A stretch of DNA of 64,000 nucleotides from Nitrosopumilus sp. (GTDB lineage Archaea; Thermoproteota; Nitrososphaeria; Nitrososphaerales; Nitrosopumilaceae). The stretch covers positions 1,280,001 through 1,344,000 of the forward strand of contig OZ241857.1 of assembly GCA_965203315.1 (NCBI GenBank). Reading direction: 5' to 3'. This document shows, in pieces, positions 51,301 through 61,475 of this stretch (the first letter of the stretch is position 1; the number at the start of each line of letters is the position of its first letter). A program made the position numbers and the translations under genes. Below the pieces are notes generated by a model that saw only the letters and a list, made by a program, of their open reading frames with translations, was not told the DNA's origin and made no database searches.

Positions 51301-53151
51301 TATACGTCAGAGATATCTTCTCTCATCGGTACCCATCTTGCAGGCGATTGGGTCTTGTCAGTCGGTGATTATGCAGGTAGCGATGTAGGACGAATAAATT
51401 CGTGGTCTATAAGTACAGAGTCTGCTTTCACAGATGCTCCTGTTACGTCGCCAACCGTCCCATCTACGCCTAGACCCACAAACACAACAATATTCTCTGA
51501 CAACTTTGAGTTATCCCTCTCTGACAAGTGGACCGAATCTGGCGAGAGTGATTGGAGAATTACAACACCCAGCGCTCACTATGTTCCAAATGTACCTGGT
51601 TCATCTCCAACAAACAAGATATTACATGCCGACAATTGTGATACTGGTTGTACATTAACACTAACCAATTCAATAGACCTATCTGGATACACCTCAGCAA
51701 CACTCTCTTTTTGGCGATTTGTTGATTCGTCTCTAGATGATGATGAATATCTCAAAGTTGAACTGTACAACGGCAGAACATGGAATACGATATATCATTG
51801 GTCAGATAACTTGGATAATGATGATGGTCGATGGAATTTAGAGTCATACAATTTACAATCGTATCTGGTATCAAACTTTAAGATGAGACTGGTAACTCAA
51901 CAGAGTTCTACCACTGAAGACGTACAGATAGACGATATCAAGATAACTAGTGGTTCTACAACCACATCTAGACCGACTGTACCATCTACAACTCAATACT
52001 CGATATATGTGGCAGATACAGACGATGACGAGATTGCCGTATTCTCTTCTGCCGGTACATTTGTTGGCAATATCATTCCTCGAGGATCAGGGGATCTAGA
52101 TTATCCAACCGATCTAGTATTTGACACAAATGGAAACATCTATGTCTCTGATTTCATAAACAACAAGATTCGCAAGTATTCCAGTACTGGATCAGTACTA
52201 GACAAAACCTGGGCTACAACTGTAGGATCTCCGCACGGGATGACATGGAATGGAGACACACTATACGTTGCAACGGCACGTGGTGTGGAGCGATTTTCAC
52301 TGTCTGGTTCTTCTCTAGGATTATTTGGTGATGCTGTTCAAGGAACTAACCCATCACATACGAATAAACTATCCACACCGAGCGATGTAATATTCTGCAA
52401 CAACAAAATGTATGTTGCAGATAGTGGTTGGGGTAAAATATTCTACTATTCTACTTCTGGTTCTCTGTTAGGTACAATCTCACCGGGTACAAATAATCCA
52501 AACACCCAACATTCTAGGGGACTAGAGTGTGGTCCAGCAATAATCGGTAGTGGCACTAGTCTATATCAGAGTGGTGGTGATGCTGGAAGAGTAAATGAGA
52601 TAAACTATCGTACAAATTCCTTGATACGCGAGTTTACATCAGATGTTGATGAGCCACATCGTATGGATATGGATAGTCTAGGTAATCTCTATGTCGCAAA
52701 CAAGGACGATGATAATATAATAATGATCAACCAAACAGGTGTAACAGAGGTTGCAGATTATAGACTTGATGATCCACGCGGTGTACAGATAGGGCCTGTA
52801 TACAGATCAATATCCGGTTCTTCTGGACAGGACATACCCGATAATGATCAACCCGAGTTTGACGTATTATTGCAAAACGGTACACGTGCTAGTACACCAC
52901 TGTTCATGACATCAAACAGCTCTATCACATTATACGTGAACGCAACTGACCCACAAGACGATCCAATTACAATTGGTATCATACCTGAACTTATACCAGA
53001 ATCTAGTTTATTATTCATAGATAACAAGAATGGCACAGCTAGTGTTACTATAGACACCATAGATTTGGATGCTGGTAACTATCTGTTCTGGATTAAAGTA
53101 TCTGATGATACAGAGTTTGATCAGTCGCCATTTCTAGTGAGTGTTCAATGA
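48382..53151 (+). CDS. Large secreted S8 subtilase with Ig/cadherin-like, proprotein-convertase P, jelly-roll and NHL-like repeat domains
   Basis: VVDTG, HGTRVA, AGN, GTSYATP; P-domain ITHTFIGDL..L..P.G..GDW.L.V.D..D.G.INSW; repeats such as P.DLVFD..GNIYVSD. Confidence 0.9.
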   Translation: MLYKKNHTLVLVLALFVIVPSIVFAQNTDNLESSVVPDIEPTDNTIGPVANVGVEYKFDDGFYQKIQDLSKETPQEGDPGVYDGTRYYSVILVVNRDDGDDRTGDETAKENKGALVKRLELLGARDILAAESLSFVTASIPVGEVPGFSLHDEVFQLGDGELPIFPAVDIARRTINAMPEDLSRINNQNLTGSGIVVAVVDTGINSIYLNDKVRERIYCPDRTCWAENGLIMGQSTLELGLLNTTDSTHGTRVAQVLAASGMSNHNGIAPGVTLLDAMYGSQSLIGNVVFHNPDSTFYVHAIDWAYKQGANISNLSAGYDICDNFFDIVSYNLIVNEAVDKGMIVVKSAGNRGFNNTAQTASYNSITNPGCANNVITVGGIDDRSSSEKEMYTNSSRGPSTDNTPVLKPEIVAPAYMIQTLNNTLNDDAGPRSGTSYATPQVSAAAALMLEAEPSLTPIEAKALLLLGANWQGPIPCTSTQYERNNPTNDCSFARQPADPDTANNADSLSILNNVGFGILDVGQSVVYSSRALSHVMSDHLDPLGITSKGYTFTVTNTSEPVKIILTWLVHPHGGILEQDNRNTAAPVADLNFTVRCNGGQTISATSSHQTNEFVVFRPSQTGTCTITVTGSGLDTINKPVQNYALASTRPLTTVLPSNNLPSATSDSFIVSPGMPSTVYFTGRDANGDSISFSVTRDPTQGIITTDEFITKTHSRAMYTPYDNFTGRDTFQITPSDGVNQRGIPATITLIEETLPPNSQKATTRSDNVRDWDTSIFSSNTPLTTSSKTFTGPTYPVSAIHIGSVNVEGGLATFTTSDGNTYRAVVPPSGARMIEFPSSIMIRTMELASEWIDEESIHNTTKNIPTDIRIFAGYVPSSCVSLSGSSGANSCPAHTTHLFSSSPNLAIPDNADNQDTTDTIRISENGTIRKITVSLDITHTFIGDLKVILTPPSGKPITLHDRTGGNQDDLKRSYTSEISSLIGTHLAGDWVLSVGDYAGSDVGRINSWSISTESAFTDAPVTSPTVPSTPRPTNTTIFSDNFELSLSDKWTESGESDWRITTPSAHYVPNVPGSSPTNKILHADNCDTGCTLTLTNSIDLSGYTSATLSFWRFVDSSLDDDEYLKVELYNGRTWNTIYHWSDNLDNDDGRWNLESYNLQSYLVSNFKMRLVTQQSSTTEDVQIDDIKITSGSTTTSRPTVPSTTQYSIYVADTDDDEIAVFSSAGTFVGNIIPRGSGDLDYPTDLVFDTNGNIYVSDFINNKIRKYSSTGSVLDKTWATTVGSPHGMTWNGDTLYVATARGVERFSLSGSSLGLFGDAVQGTNPSHTNKLSTPSDVIFCNNKMYVADSGWGKIFYYSTSGSLLGTISPGTNNPNTQHSRGLECGPAIIGSGTSLYQSGGDAGRVNEINYRTNSLIREFTSDVDEPHRMDMDSLGNLYVANKDDDNIIMINQTGVTEVADYRLDDPRGVQIGPVYRSISGSSGQDIPDNDQPEFDVLLQNGTRASTPLFMTSNSSITLYVNATDPQDDPITIGIIPELIPESSLLFIDNKNGTASVTIDTIDLDAGNYLFWIKVSDDTEFDQSPFLVSVQ

Positions 53152-54488
53152 ACAGACTGATTATAATAGCATCCATCATAATCGGTGTATCATCTCTTGT
53201 GGGCATATTGTACGTTACAAACCCCGATATGTGGATACAGATTATAGATCGATCAAACTATGAGCCCAAAGATATTGTATCCATAAACAACGAGTTTGCC
53301 ATAAACTTTTACAAAACCATCTATGACGATCCCAAATACCAAGACAAAAACATCCTTTTCTCGCCGACTAGCTTGATTACGGCATTTTCTATACTGTATG
53401 AGGGGGTAGATGGCGATGCTGCAAAACAGATAGAAAAGGTATTTGGATTTAATCCAGATGCTCAAACTAGACACGAATCGCTAAAAAAGTTATGGTCAAT
53501 TGTAAACAACGACACGAAGCATATGGGAGTTGTCTCTTATAAAGAGTGTTGTGATAAGGACAAACATGGATATTATCATACTAACACAATACAAGTTCAT
53601 GAGAAATGGACAGACATCAATATAATCAACAGTATGTGGATTACAAGGAATGGCAGTTTCACTGATAAATACATCAACAAAATTCAAAACACATTCAAAA
53701 ATCAGGTGAAAATAATTGAGCATTTTAATCACAAAGACATAGATGAAATGAATGAATGGATCAGTACAAACACAAGAGAAAAAATAACGGATGTTTTTTC
53801 ATTGGGCGACTTTAAAAATTCATCTTCGTTACTAGCGAGTAATGCGTATTTTAAATCAGCTTGGGAGTTGCAATTTGAACCACGTTATTTAGAAAAAACT
53901 GTTTTTTGGGCGAGCAGCAAAGAAGTAATAGCAGAAGGGATGATACAGCCTGCATGGAGTGGTTACAAATATGCATATTATGATAACGTACAAGTATTAA
54001 ACATACCATACAAGCAAAAACATCTCTCGATGACAATAATACTACCAAATGATCGAAACGGCATAAAAGAGATAGAAGAGATAATATCTGTAAAGCAAAT
54101 TGAGGAATGGCAAAGTAGTTTAGAACAGACATTCCTGTACGTAGAAGTACCAAAATTCGAGATAAATTATAACTATGATTTCTCTGAGATATTTGAGCAA
54201 TTGGAAATAAAAGATGTATTTAGATCAAAGAATAACCTTCCGGATACAGCAATTCCAGATTCAATTGAAAAAGCATACATCGACAAGTTGTATCATCCAG
54301 TGTATTTCTTATTTGATCAGATGGGTACAGATACAAGATATAGACAACCTACAGTAATATTAGATGATATAGCGTATATGCCAAATCTATACTTTTATGC
54401 TAAACATCCATTCATATTCTTTGTACAAGATAATGACACTGGGCTGATACTATTCATGGGCAAGATAGTCGATCCAACTTTGGACTGA
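53148..54488 (+). CDS. Membrane-anchored serpin with atypical hinge
   Basis: NEFAINFY, NILFSP, YFKSAW..F, VPKF, FYAKHPFIFFV...LILFMGKI.DP; ATGA overlap with the protease. Confidence 0.9.
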   Translation: MNRLIIIASIIIGVSSLVGILYVTNPDMWIQIIDRSNYEPKDIVSINNEFAINFYKTIYDDPKYQDKNILFSPTSLITAFSILYEGVDGDAAKQIEKVFGFNPDAQTRHESLKKLWSIVNNDTKHMGVVSYKECCDKDKHGYYHTNTIQVHEKWTDINIINSMWITRNGSFTDKYINKIQNTFKNQVKIIEHFNHKDIDEMNEWISTNTREKITDVFSLGDFKNSSSLLASNAYFKSAWELQFEPRYLEKTVFWASSKEVIAEGMIQPAWSGYKYAYYDNVQVLNIPYKQKHLSMTIILPNDRNGIKEIEEIISVKQIEEWQSSLEQTFLYVEVPKFEINYNYDFSEIFEQLEIKDVFRSKNNLPDTAIPDSIEKAYIDKLYHPVYFLFDQMGTDTRYRQPTVILDDIAYMPNLYFYAKHPFIFFVQDNDTGLILFMGKIVDPTLD

Positions 54489-54563
54489 TCTAACAACCAG
54501 TCATTTGTATTGTATGAAAGAGGGTTTTAACTTATCGGTGGGTAGTAAATTGACAAATTAGAC

Positions 54564-55667
54564 TGTGGGATCCGGAAAGTAGTTCGCCCCTCGTTTGATG
54601 TGGTATTCTTTTACGAGTCATCGATTTCTACTCCTTTTGGTGGTTGTTTGTTGATAAACGCTTTGTATGGTGCCTCTCTGACGTCAATATTGAGAGACGT
54701 GTGAATGCGTTCATAGTTGTACCATTTCATTGTATTTACTACAAACATGTCTACCGGATCACTTGTTCGTTGCATGTATCCTGCAAATACCGGATATTTG
54801 TGTTCTACCTCCCCAAACAGTCGTTCTACTTTGCCGTTGATCTGTGGATGATTTACGCGTCAGAGAATGTGCTGTATTCCTAGTTCTGCTAATCTCGCCT
54901 CAAACTTGGATATTCCTTTCTTCTTGTTTTCAGCTGCATTGGCGTAAAACTGCGTTCCATGATCTGTAAGAATTGCTTTTGGTTTTCCATAATTTTTGAT
55001 GGCCTCATCCAACACTGCAAGCGCATTCTCTGCTGCTGCGTGGTCAAATGTATCACATCCGACCACAAATCTAGACGCAACGTCCAGATAAGCGATTAAC
55101 CATCTACCATCAGGCAGTTGTTTCCAGTCTACATGCCATAGAGTTGGAATGTTTACGCTCATATCGCACAAATTTGCGTTGATGTTTGCGTTGTTTTTTG
55201 GTTAGACTCTCATCTCGTAGGATCTTTTGTATCATGTATCGTGGAACGCTTATTCCAAGATACTCTACTAGATCACGTTTGAGATTTGCAGCTCCTTGAC
55301 CTGTTAAAGCACGTAGCGTCATTACTGTAGAGTGTTCTAGCCTACCTACTAGACTCTTCTTGGGCCTACTCATGGGTTTTGGGTATACCATCTGATTTGG
55401 TTCTACATTCTTGTATCTGGCAAACAATTTTTGAATCCAACGAACCGATATGCCCATCTGTTCTGCAATTATTGCATTCTTGGTTCCTTTGCTCTTTTCT
55501 CGTACAATGTATTGTACTTTTTGTTGATCTAATTTACTCACTCTTCGAATTCGCTTCTTGCATACATATTTCCACCTCTCATCATAACTACGTACATGCT
55601 TTCGACGGGGCTTGGAACCTGCACCTACACTCTTGATTGAGGGGTGAACTACTTTCCGGATCTTAGA
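54564..55667 (-). mobile_element. IS481 subfamily 2 with frameshifted transposase
   Basis: TIRs TGTGGGATCCGGAAAGTAGTTCGCCCC / GGGGTGAACTACTTTCCGGATCTTAGA; frameshift near 55140 and further lesions. Confidence 0.88.
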
Positions 55668-55703
55668 CTAATTCTAGTTCACAAGGATTAAGTAGTAGAA
55701 AAT

Positions 55704-56468
55704 TTGCCAAATATTGATTTGAGTTTTGGAGCAAAGACAAATGGGTCTGACGACCTAAAGGCGATAATATCTGCAATATCAACTCTAGTAGATGAGGCAA
55801 CTTTTGTTGCTACATCTGAAGGAATAACATTTCGTGGGATGGATCCATCACATGTTGCTTTGATCGATATCTCTTGGCCCAACTCTGCATTTGAAGCGTA
55901 CGAGTGTGATGGTGACATCAAGTTTGGAGTACGAATAGACGAGTTTTCAAAACTGATCAAACGAGCAGACAAGAACGATAGCATTCAGATAAACATCTCT
56001 GATGATAACATGTTATTGGTGACTATTGGCAAGAACAAGAAATACAAGATGCGACTGATCGAGAGTACTGCAACTGATACTCCATTACCCAAGATTCCAT
56101 ACGACTCTAAGATTAGTGTACAACTAGCCAAATTTGACAAGATTATTGGTGATGTCCAAGTAGTATCTGAGTTTTTAACGATTCAGACATCTGGTACAAA
56201 TGCAGTATTCGCTGGCAAAGGCGATAGTGGTGAGGTAAACATCACATTCGAAAAGGACGAGGAAGACGAAGATGAAGAGGTCACCACAAAGGAAGACAGT
56301 TCTGGAACCTACGACCTAGAGTACCTCAACTCCGTCGTCAAGGCAGTACGTAACGCCGCAGGCGTAATCACATGTGAGTTTTCGAGCGCCAAACCTCTTA
56401 GAATAGAGTTCAAGATATCAAATATCGGTAGAATTCACTTTTATCTTGCTCCACGTGTGGAAAACTAA
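55704..56468 (+). CDS. pcn: PCNA sliding clamp
   Basis: LVDEATF, MDPSHVALI, YLAPRVE. Confidence 0.96.
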   Translation: MPNIDLSFGAKTNGSDDLKAIISAISTLVDEATFVATSEGITFRGMDPSHVALIDISWPNSAFEAYECDGDIKFGVRIDEFSKLIKRADKNDSIQINISDDNMLLVTIGKNKKYKMRLIESTATDTPLPKIPYDSKISVQLAKFDKIIGDVQVVSEFLTIQTSGTNAVFAGKGDSGEVNITFEKDEEDEDEEVTTKEDSSGTYDLEYLNSVVKAVRNAAGVITCEFSSAKPLRIEFKISNIGRIHFYLAPRVEN

Positions 56469-56508
56469 AAAGCATTTTTAAAGTATTGACTAGGTTAGAT
56501 AATTTGAA

Positions 56509-57897
56509 TTGAAACTAGTAATCAAGTATGGAGGTAGCTCTATAGCATCTGCTGCTAGCATTCAAAACTGTGCAAAATATATTGCCTCACTATCTGAGAA
56601 CCAGCTCATTGTTGTATGTTCGGCCACGGATGGAACAACCGATGAGCTTATCGAGATATCAAAATCAATAAAGAAAGAGAATAAAAAGAGAGCAGAGCAA
56701 TTCGTAGCAAAACTAATTCGCCATCACAAACAACTAGCCACCAAAACCATCAAGAAAGATACAGTACGTAAACGACTCTTGACTAATCTTGAGAGAGACT
56801 TTGTAGAACTCTCTAATCTGATCGACGGAATGGTTCTACTTGGTGAAGTGACTCAACGAACCATGGACTATCTGCTATCGTTTGGTGAGAGGTTATCAAT
56901 AAAGATCGTCTCAGCCGCACTCGAGGATGCACGCAAACGATCTATTCCCCTAACAGGCAAAGAGATCGGAATAGTAACTGACTCGAACTTTGGAGAGTCA
57001 AGACCTCTATTAGATACAACCAAACTTCGAGTCTCTAAGACCATCGATGAACTATTTGAAAAGGGAGTAATTCCTGTTGTGGGTGGATTCTCTGGTGCAG
57101 ATCAACACGGTCATGTTACAACATTTGGACGTGGCGGTTCAGACTATACCGCAACAATAATTGGCTCATCTATTGCAGCAGATGAGATCTGGTTATTGAG
57201 TGACGTGGATGGCTTGATGACTGCAGATCCAGCGATTGTGAGAGACGCAAAGTTGATCAATGAAGTATCATATACCGAAGCAGTAGAGATGGCGCTGTTT
57301 GGCGCAAAACAGATCCATCCACGTACATTTGAGCCACTATTATCAAAGAAGATTCCGATGCGCATTCGTAGTTCATTCAACCACGAAAATCAAGGGACAC
57401 TGATATCCATGTCACCATCTATATCCACAAAGGATACCATAAAATGCGTAAGTAACATACGAAACAATGGCCTCATCGATATACGTGGTGGTAGTATGGT
57501 GGGAACACCAGGTACCGCAGCTAGAATATTCGCAACATTAGCAAAGGCTGGCGTAAACGTTATGATGATCTCACAGAATCCATCCGAGTCTAGTATTACA
57601 ATTGTAGTTAAAAATGCCGATCTAGACAAAGCAGTCAACGCACTTGAACTCGAACTACTCGGCAGCATAATCAAAAAACTAGAGATTACCACCAATGTTG
57701 CAATAATCGCATTAATTGGTTCTGGTATGCGTGGAACAGTTGGTGTCGCCTCTAAAGTCTTTAACGCAATTGAACAACACAACATAAACGTCTCAATGAT
57801 AACTCAAGGATCATCAGAACTGAATCTAGCATTTGTAGTCAAAGATAGTGATGCACTGACTGCTGTTCGCGCACTACATACTACATTTGAACTATAA
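56509..57897 (+). CDS. lysC: Aspartate kinase
   Basis: KYGGSS, GRGGSDYTA, DVDG, two ACT domains. Confidence 0.95.
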   Translation: MKLVIKYGGSSIASAASIQNCAKYIASLSENQLIVVCSATDGTTDELIEISKSIKKENKKRAEQFVAKLIRHHKQLATKTIKKDTVRKRLLTNLERDFVELSNLIDGMVLLGEVTQRTMDYLLSFGERLSIKIVSAALEDARKRSIPLTGKEIGIVTDSNFGESRPLLDTTKLRVSKTIDELFEKGVIPVVGGFSGADQHGHVTTFGRGGSDYTATIIGSSIAADEIWLLSDVDGLMTADPAIVRDAKLINEVSYTEAVEMALFGAKQIHPRTFEPLLSKKIPMRIRSSFNHENQGTLISMSPSISTKDTIKCVSNIRNNGLIDIRGGSMVGTPGTAARIFATLAKAGVNVMMISQNPSESSITIVVKNADLDKAVNALELELLGSIIKKLEITTNVAIIALIGSGMRGTVGVASKVFNAIEQHNINVSMITQGSSELNLAFVVKDSDALTAVRALHTTFEL

Positions 57898-58081
57898 ATC
57901 TGCATAAACCAAATGATGATCTCTGGGGGGATTGATCTTGTACCACAAGTCTATTAGAAATATGATTATAAAGTGTACACTTTAGGATCATAAAATTCAG
58001 TCTGGTGTCATATGACATATCTAAAACCGACTGTACAAATTAAGCAAAATCATTTATGGGAATATATGCGATGCAATCTAG

Positions 58082-59515
58082 ATGAATAGACTATTTATCA
58101 TATTGATCTTTGGCATCATCATATCTGGGACTCTATCTGTTTCAACAGCTGATCAAATTAGTGATTCTACAAAATTTCATTTCACTCAAACTATCTCATC
58201 CTCACAAGATCTAGGACAGGGATACGAAGAGTATCAGATGGCACTAGTGTTGTCCCCAAATACGACAACCATCTACGACGGCTCTATGACATTTATCTCA
58301 AACAGTCCTGTAACTCCTATCGTATTCCACGAGATAGCAAGCGATGAAATTATAGATCAATCGGTTTGGACTGTTGACGGTAAATCATTCTTTGTTATAT
58401 CAGAGCTTGGTGCACCCAAGACTTCGGCTAGTTTCGAGTTTACTGGAGCTGCATTGGGTCTACGAGCCGAATCAGAATTTTCTGCAACATTAAGTACCAG
58501 TGGATCGATTCATGGTCAACCGGTCGATCTTGTTATACCGCGATTAGATGATAAAGAGATATCGTTACATTTGTCTAGAACCAACATTCCTGTCACGATC
58601 CCAATGCACAAAGGACTGTACAATGGTAGCAACATGTCTTTTATTATTACAGACAGTAGTGATGCCGAGTATGCTAAAATAATCTCTGAGATAAAAGATT
58701 GGCAAGTACAACATGCACCACCATTGAGAGACGCTCCTAACAGCACACTACAAAAACTCTTTGTCTTTAAAAATGGAATCAAAGGGAGTGGTCTATTTGG
58801 TTATCAACCTAATATTCTCTCGTCTATACCATCGGCGTCAAACTATAGTGCCCTCGTATCTGTGATTGAAGTATCTTGGAAGACTGGCCAACGTCCTATG
58901 AAACTTGATACCATATCTAGTATTATGACTACAGCTGATAGTAATCGGATCAAACTCAATGATACTGGTATAGTGCTCAATGCACCTCAAATAACTTGGC
59001 CTGGCGGTCAAATGATGGTTCGCTCTAATGATACAATAACTGATGAAACAGCATATAGTGGCCAGATAGTCGAAATAAATCATGTTGCTATGAACGTTAC
59101 GTTTGTTGCTCATCGAGGATGGGGACCTGATGGTCGAACTGTATACTGCATAGTAACTGATGCCACACCAAAAGGACCTGCAGAGACGATGGGTACTATT
59201 GTATCGCCGACATCTGTAAATTTGATCGCGAGTCCGGTAGCAGCTGATCTATTCCAGTTCAAAAACGGTATCATTGGATCTGGTCCATTAGGATTTCAAC
59301 CATCTATTGCATCTGCAGCGCCTGGTGATGAAGATTATACTCCTATGTGGCGTGTCTACCTAGTGGAATGGAAGGATCCAAAGACTGCCAAAGTCTTAGA
59401 GACGACAACAGACATTGATCACTTTAGATCATCAGAGATGTTGTCAGTTAGTATTGCCAGACCTACAAATCTCAGCTATATTCTCAACTGTCCAATCATT
59501 GATCCATTCCAATAA
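58082..59515 (+). CDS. Secreted hypothetical protein with an internally duplicated domain
   Basis: Signal peptide; two copies of IxTD...FxFKNGIxGSGxxGxQP...Y. Confidence 0.7.
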   Translation: MNRLFIILIFGIIISGTLSVSTADQISDSTKFHFTQTISSSQDLGQGYEEYQMALVLSPNTTTIYDGSMTFISNSPVTPIVFHEIASDEIIDQSVWTVDGKSFFVISELGAPKTSASFEFTGAALGLRAESEFSATLSTSGSIHGQPVDLVIPRLDDKEISLHLSRTNIPVTIPMHKGLYNGSNMSFIITDSSDAEYAKIISEIKDWQVQHAPPLRDAPNSTLQKLFVFKNGIKGSGLFGYQPNILSSIPSASNYSALVSVIEVSWKTGQRPMKLDTISSIMTTADSNRIKLNDTGIVLNAPQITWPGGQMMVRSNDTITDETAYSGQIVEINHVAMNVTFVAHRGWGPDGRTVYCIVTDATPKGPAETMGTIVSPTSVNLIASPVAADLFQFKNGIIGSGPLGFQPSIASAAPGDEDYTPMWRVYLVEWKDPKTAKVLETTTDIDHFRSSEMLSVSIARPTNLSYILNCPIIDPFQ

Positions 59516-59569
59516 CTCGATCATATTCTAATAAACGGATAAATTACTCAATCAGAGATTTACATCAAA

Positions 59570-60337
59570 TTGACCGGTAAACTCTACATCGTTGGTGTCG
59601 GTCCTGGCAGTCATGATCATATGACCTTTCGTGCCAAGGAGGTTATTGCAGAGAGCGATACAATAGTCGGATACGAGACGTATGTTAATCTTGTCCAAGA
59701 CCTGATCGAGGGCAAGACCGTATATCGATATGCAATGACTCAAGAGGTGGAACGAGCGCAACAATGCATAGATCTTGCCAACTCTGGCAAGATAGTCTCT
59801 CTAGTATCTAGTGGTGACCCTGGCATATACGGAATGGCCGGACTGATATATGAGACCTTGGCTGCGGGCAACTGGGATCCAAAAGAGGGACTGACAGTTG
59901 AGATAGTTCCAGGAGTCTCTGCACTCAACTCTTGTGCATCAATCATAGGTTCGCCTCTAATGACCGACTTTGCAGTAGTCAGCATGAGTGATCTACTAGT
60001 TCCATGGGATATCATCGAGCAACGAGTCGAGGCTGCTGCAAAGGGTGATTTTGTAATTGTAGTATACAATCCAGCAAGTAAGAAACGAATTCACCAACTA
60101 AAAGATACACGAACAATACTCCTCAAGTATCGCAAGCCCACGACTCCAGTTGCGATAGTAAAGGGTGCATTTCGTTCATCACAGACTATTGTTCTTACAA
60201 CTCTTGAAGAACTGCCCAACCACTCAGACAAACTCGGTATGATCAGTACGGTCATAATTGGAAACTCTTCTACATATACATACAAAGATCTAATGATCAA
60301 TCCACGTGGATACAAATCAAAGTACAACTTGCAATAG
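59570..60337 (+). CDS. cobJ: Precorrin-3B C17-methyltransferase
   Basis: VGVGPG, SSGDPGIYGMAG, YNP.S, PRGY. Confidence 0.93.
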   Translation: MTGKLYIVGVGPGSHDHMTFRAKEVIAESDTIVGYETYVNLVQDLIEGKTVYRYAMTQEVERAQQCIDLANSGKIVSLVSSGDPGIYGMAGLIYETLAAGNWDPKEGLTVEIVPGVSALNSCASIIGSPLMTDFAVVSMSDLLVPWDIIEQRVEAAAKGDFVIVVYNPASKKRIHQLKDTRTILLKYRKPTTPVAIVKGAFRSSQTIVLTTLEELPNHSDKLGMISTVIIGNSSTYTYKDLMINPRGYKSKYNLQ

Positions 60338-60339
60338 AC

Positions 60340-61374
60340 TCAACCCTTGTTTATAATCGCAAAGAGTTCGTCGCTCATATGTAGACTATCTCTTATCGGC
60401 GATACTATCTCAACTAGACTGTCTCCTATTGCTCGCTTTAGATCACTTGGATGTAGATCTCTATTGGCAAAGTCTCTTTCGAGATCTAGAAAACTAGTAT
60501 ACGTTATATCTCCTCCAAACTTTTCTGGTCGTTCTATATTTAGCTCGTTAAACTTTGTAAATATTATATTCTCTGCCATTGCCAATAGTGGGTTGTTTTG
60601 TATATCTCCCTCCTCACACCACGCCTTGTTGATCTTGCGGCGTATCTCATCATCAGTGTTGTGAATGAATATACCAGAGTTTGGATCTGATTTGCTCATC
60701 TTTTCTATCTCTTGCTTAGGACTATGGTTCTTTACCAGACCTGGTAATAGTCTGTGATGTACAGCTATTGGAACTTTCCATCCCATCTTTGGGAAAATCT
60801 CTCTAACAAGCATATGGATCTTGCGCTGATCCATCCCTGCATGTGCAATATCTACATCTAGTGAATGTATATCGACTGCTTGCATTGCAGGATAGAATAG
60901 TTTTGCTAGATCGATCTTGTCACTCTCACTTCTTCCCATAATTGTCAATGCACGTAGCGTTCTTGCAAGCGACATATGCTTTGTAAACTCGATTAGATTG
61001 GTCCAATACTCTGTCTTATCTTGGTACAGCTTTGAGCCTAGAACAATATCTGCTGATGGGCAGACCAATTCGAATGCATCTCTGTAATACTGTACAACCT
61101 TGGATATTGTATCCCAACTACCACCTAATTTGTCGTTGATCACTGTGTGCCAATCTGCAAGAAATATTGTGCACTTGACACCAGCTTTGATAAAATCGTT
61201 TACCTTAAACCCAGTACTGATCAAACTACCTAGATGTAAAAATCCAGATATCTCCAATCCGATATAGTGTTTTGGAGACGAGTTTGTCTCAAACAACTTT
61301 ACTAGATCATCATCTGTTACTATCTCTTGTGTGGGTGGACGCTTGACCAGCCTTACCTTCTCATGTACATCCAA
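60340..61374 (-). CDS. tyrS: Tyrosine-tRNA ligase
   Basis: HLGS, YPAMQAVD, GMDQRK, KMSKS. Confidence 0.94.
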   Translation of the reverse strand: MDVHEKVRLVKRPPTQEIVTDDDLVKLFETNSSPKHYIGLEISGFLHLGSLISTGFKVNDFIKAGVKCTIFLADWHTVINDKLGGSWDTISKVVQYYRDAFELVCPSADIVLGSKLYQDKTEYWTNLIEFTKHMSLARTLRALTIMGRSESDKIDLAKLFYPAMQAVDIHSLDVDIAHAGMDQRKIHMLVREIFPKMGWKVPIAVHHRLLPGLVKNHSPKQEIEKMSKSDPNSGIFIHNTDDEIRRKINKAWCEEGDIQNNPLLAMAENIIFTKFNELNIERPEKFGGDITYTSFLDLERDFANRDLHPSDLKRAIGDSLVEIVSPIRDSLHMSDELFAIINKG

Positions 61375-61475
61375 ACTAGAACAATTCCTCGACTGTAAAC
61401 CTATAAAGCTATTCTCACTCTACCGAGATTCACATCACAACAGTTTAACCATAAACGATAACCACATGATAAACA

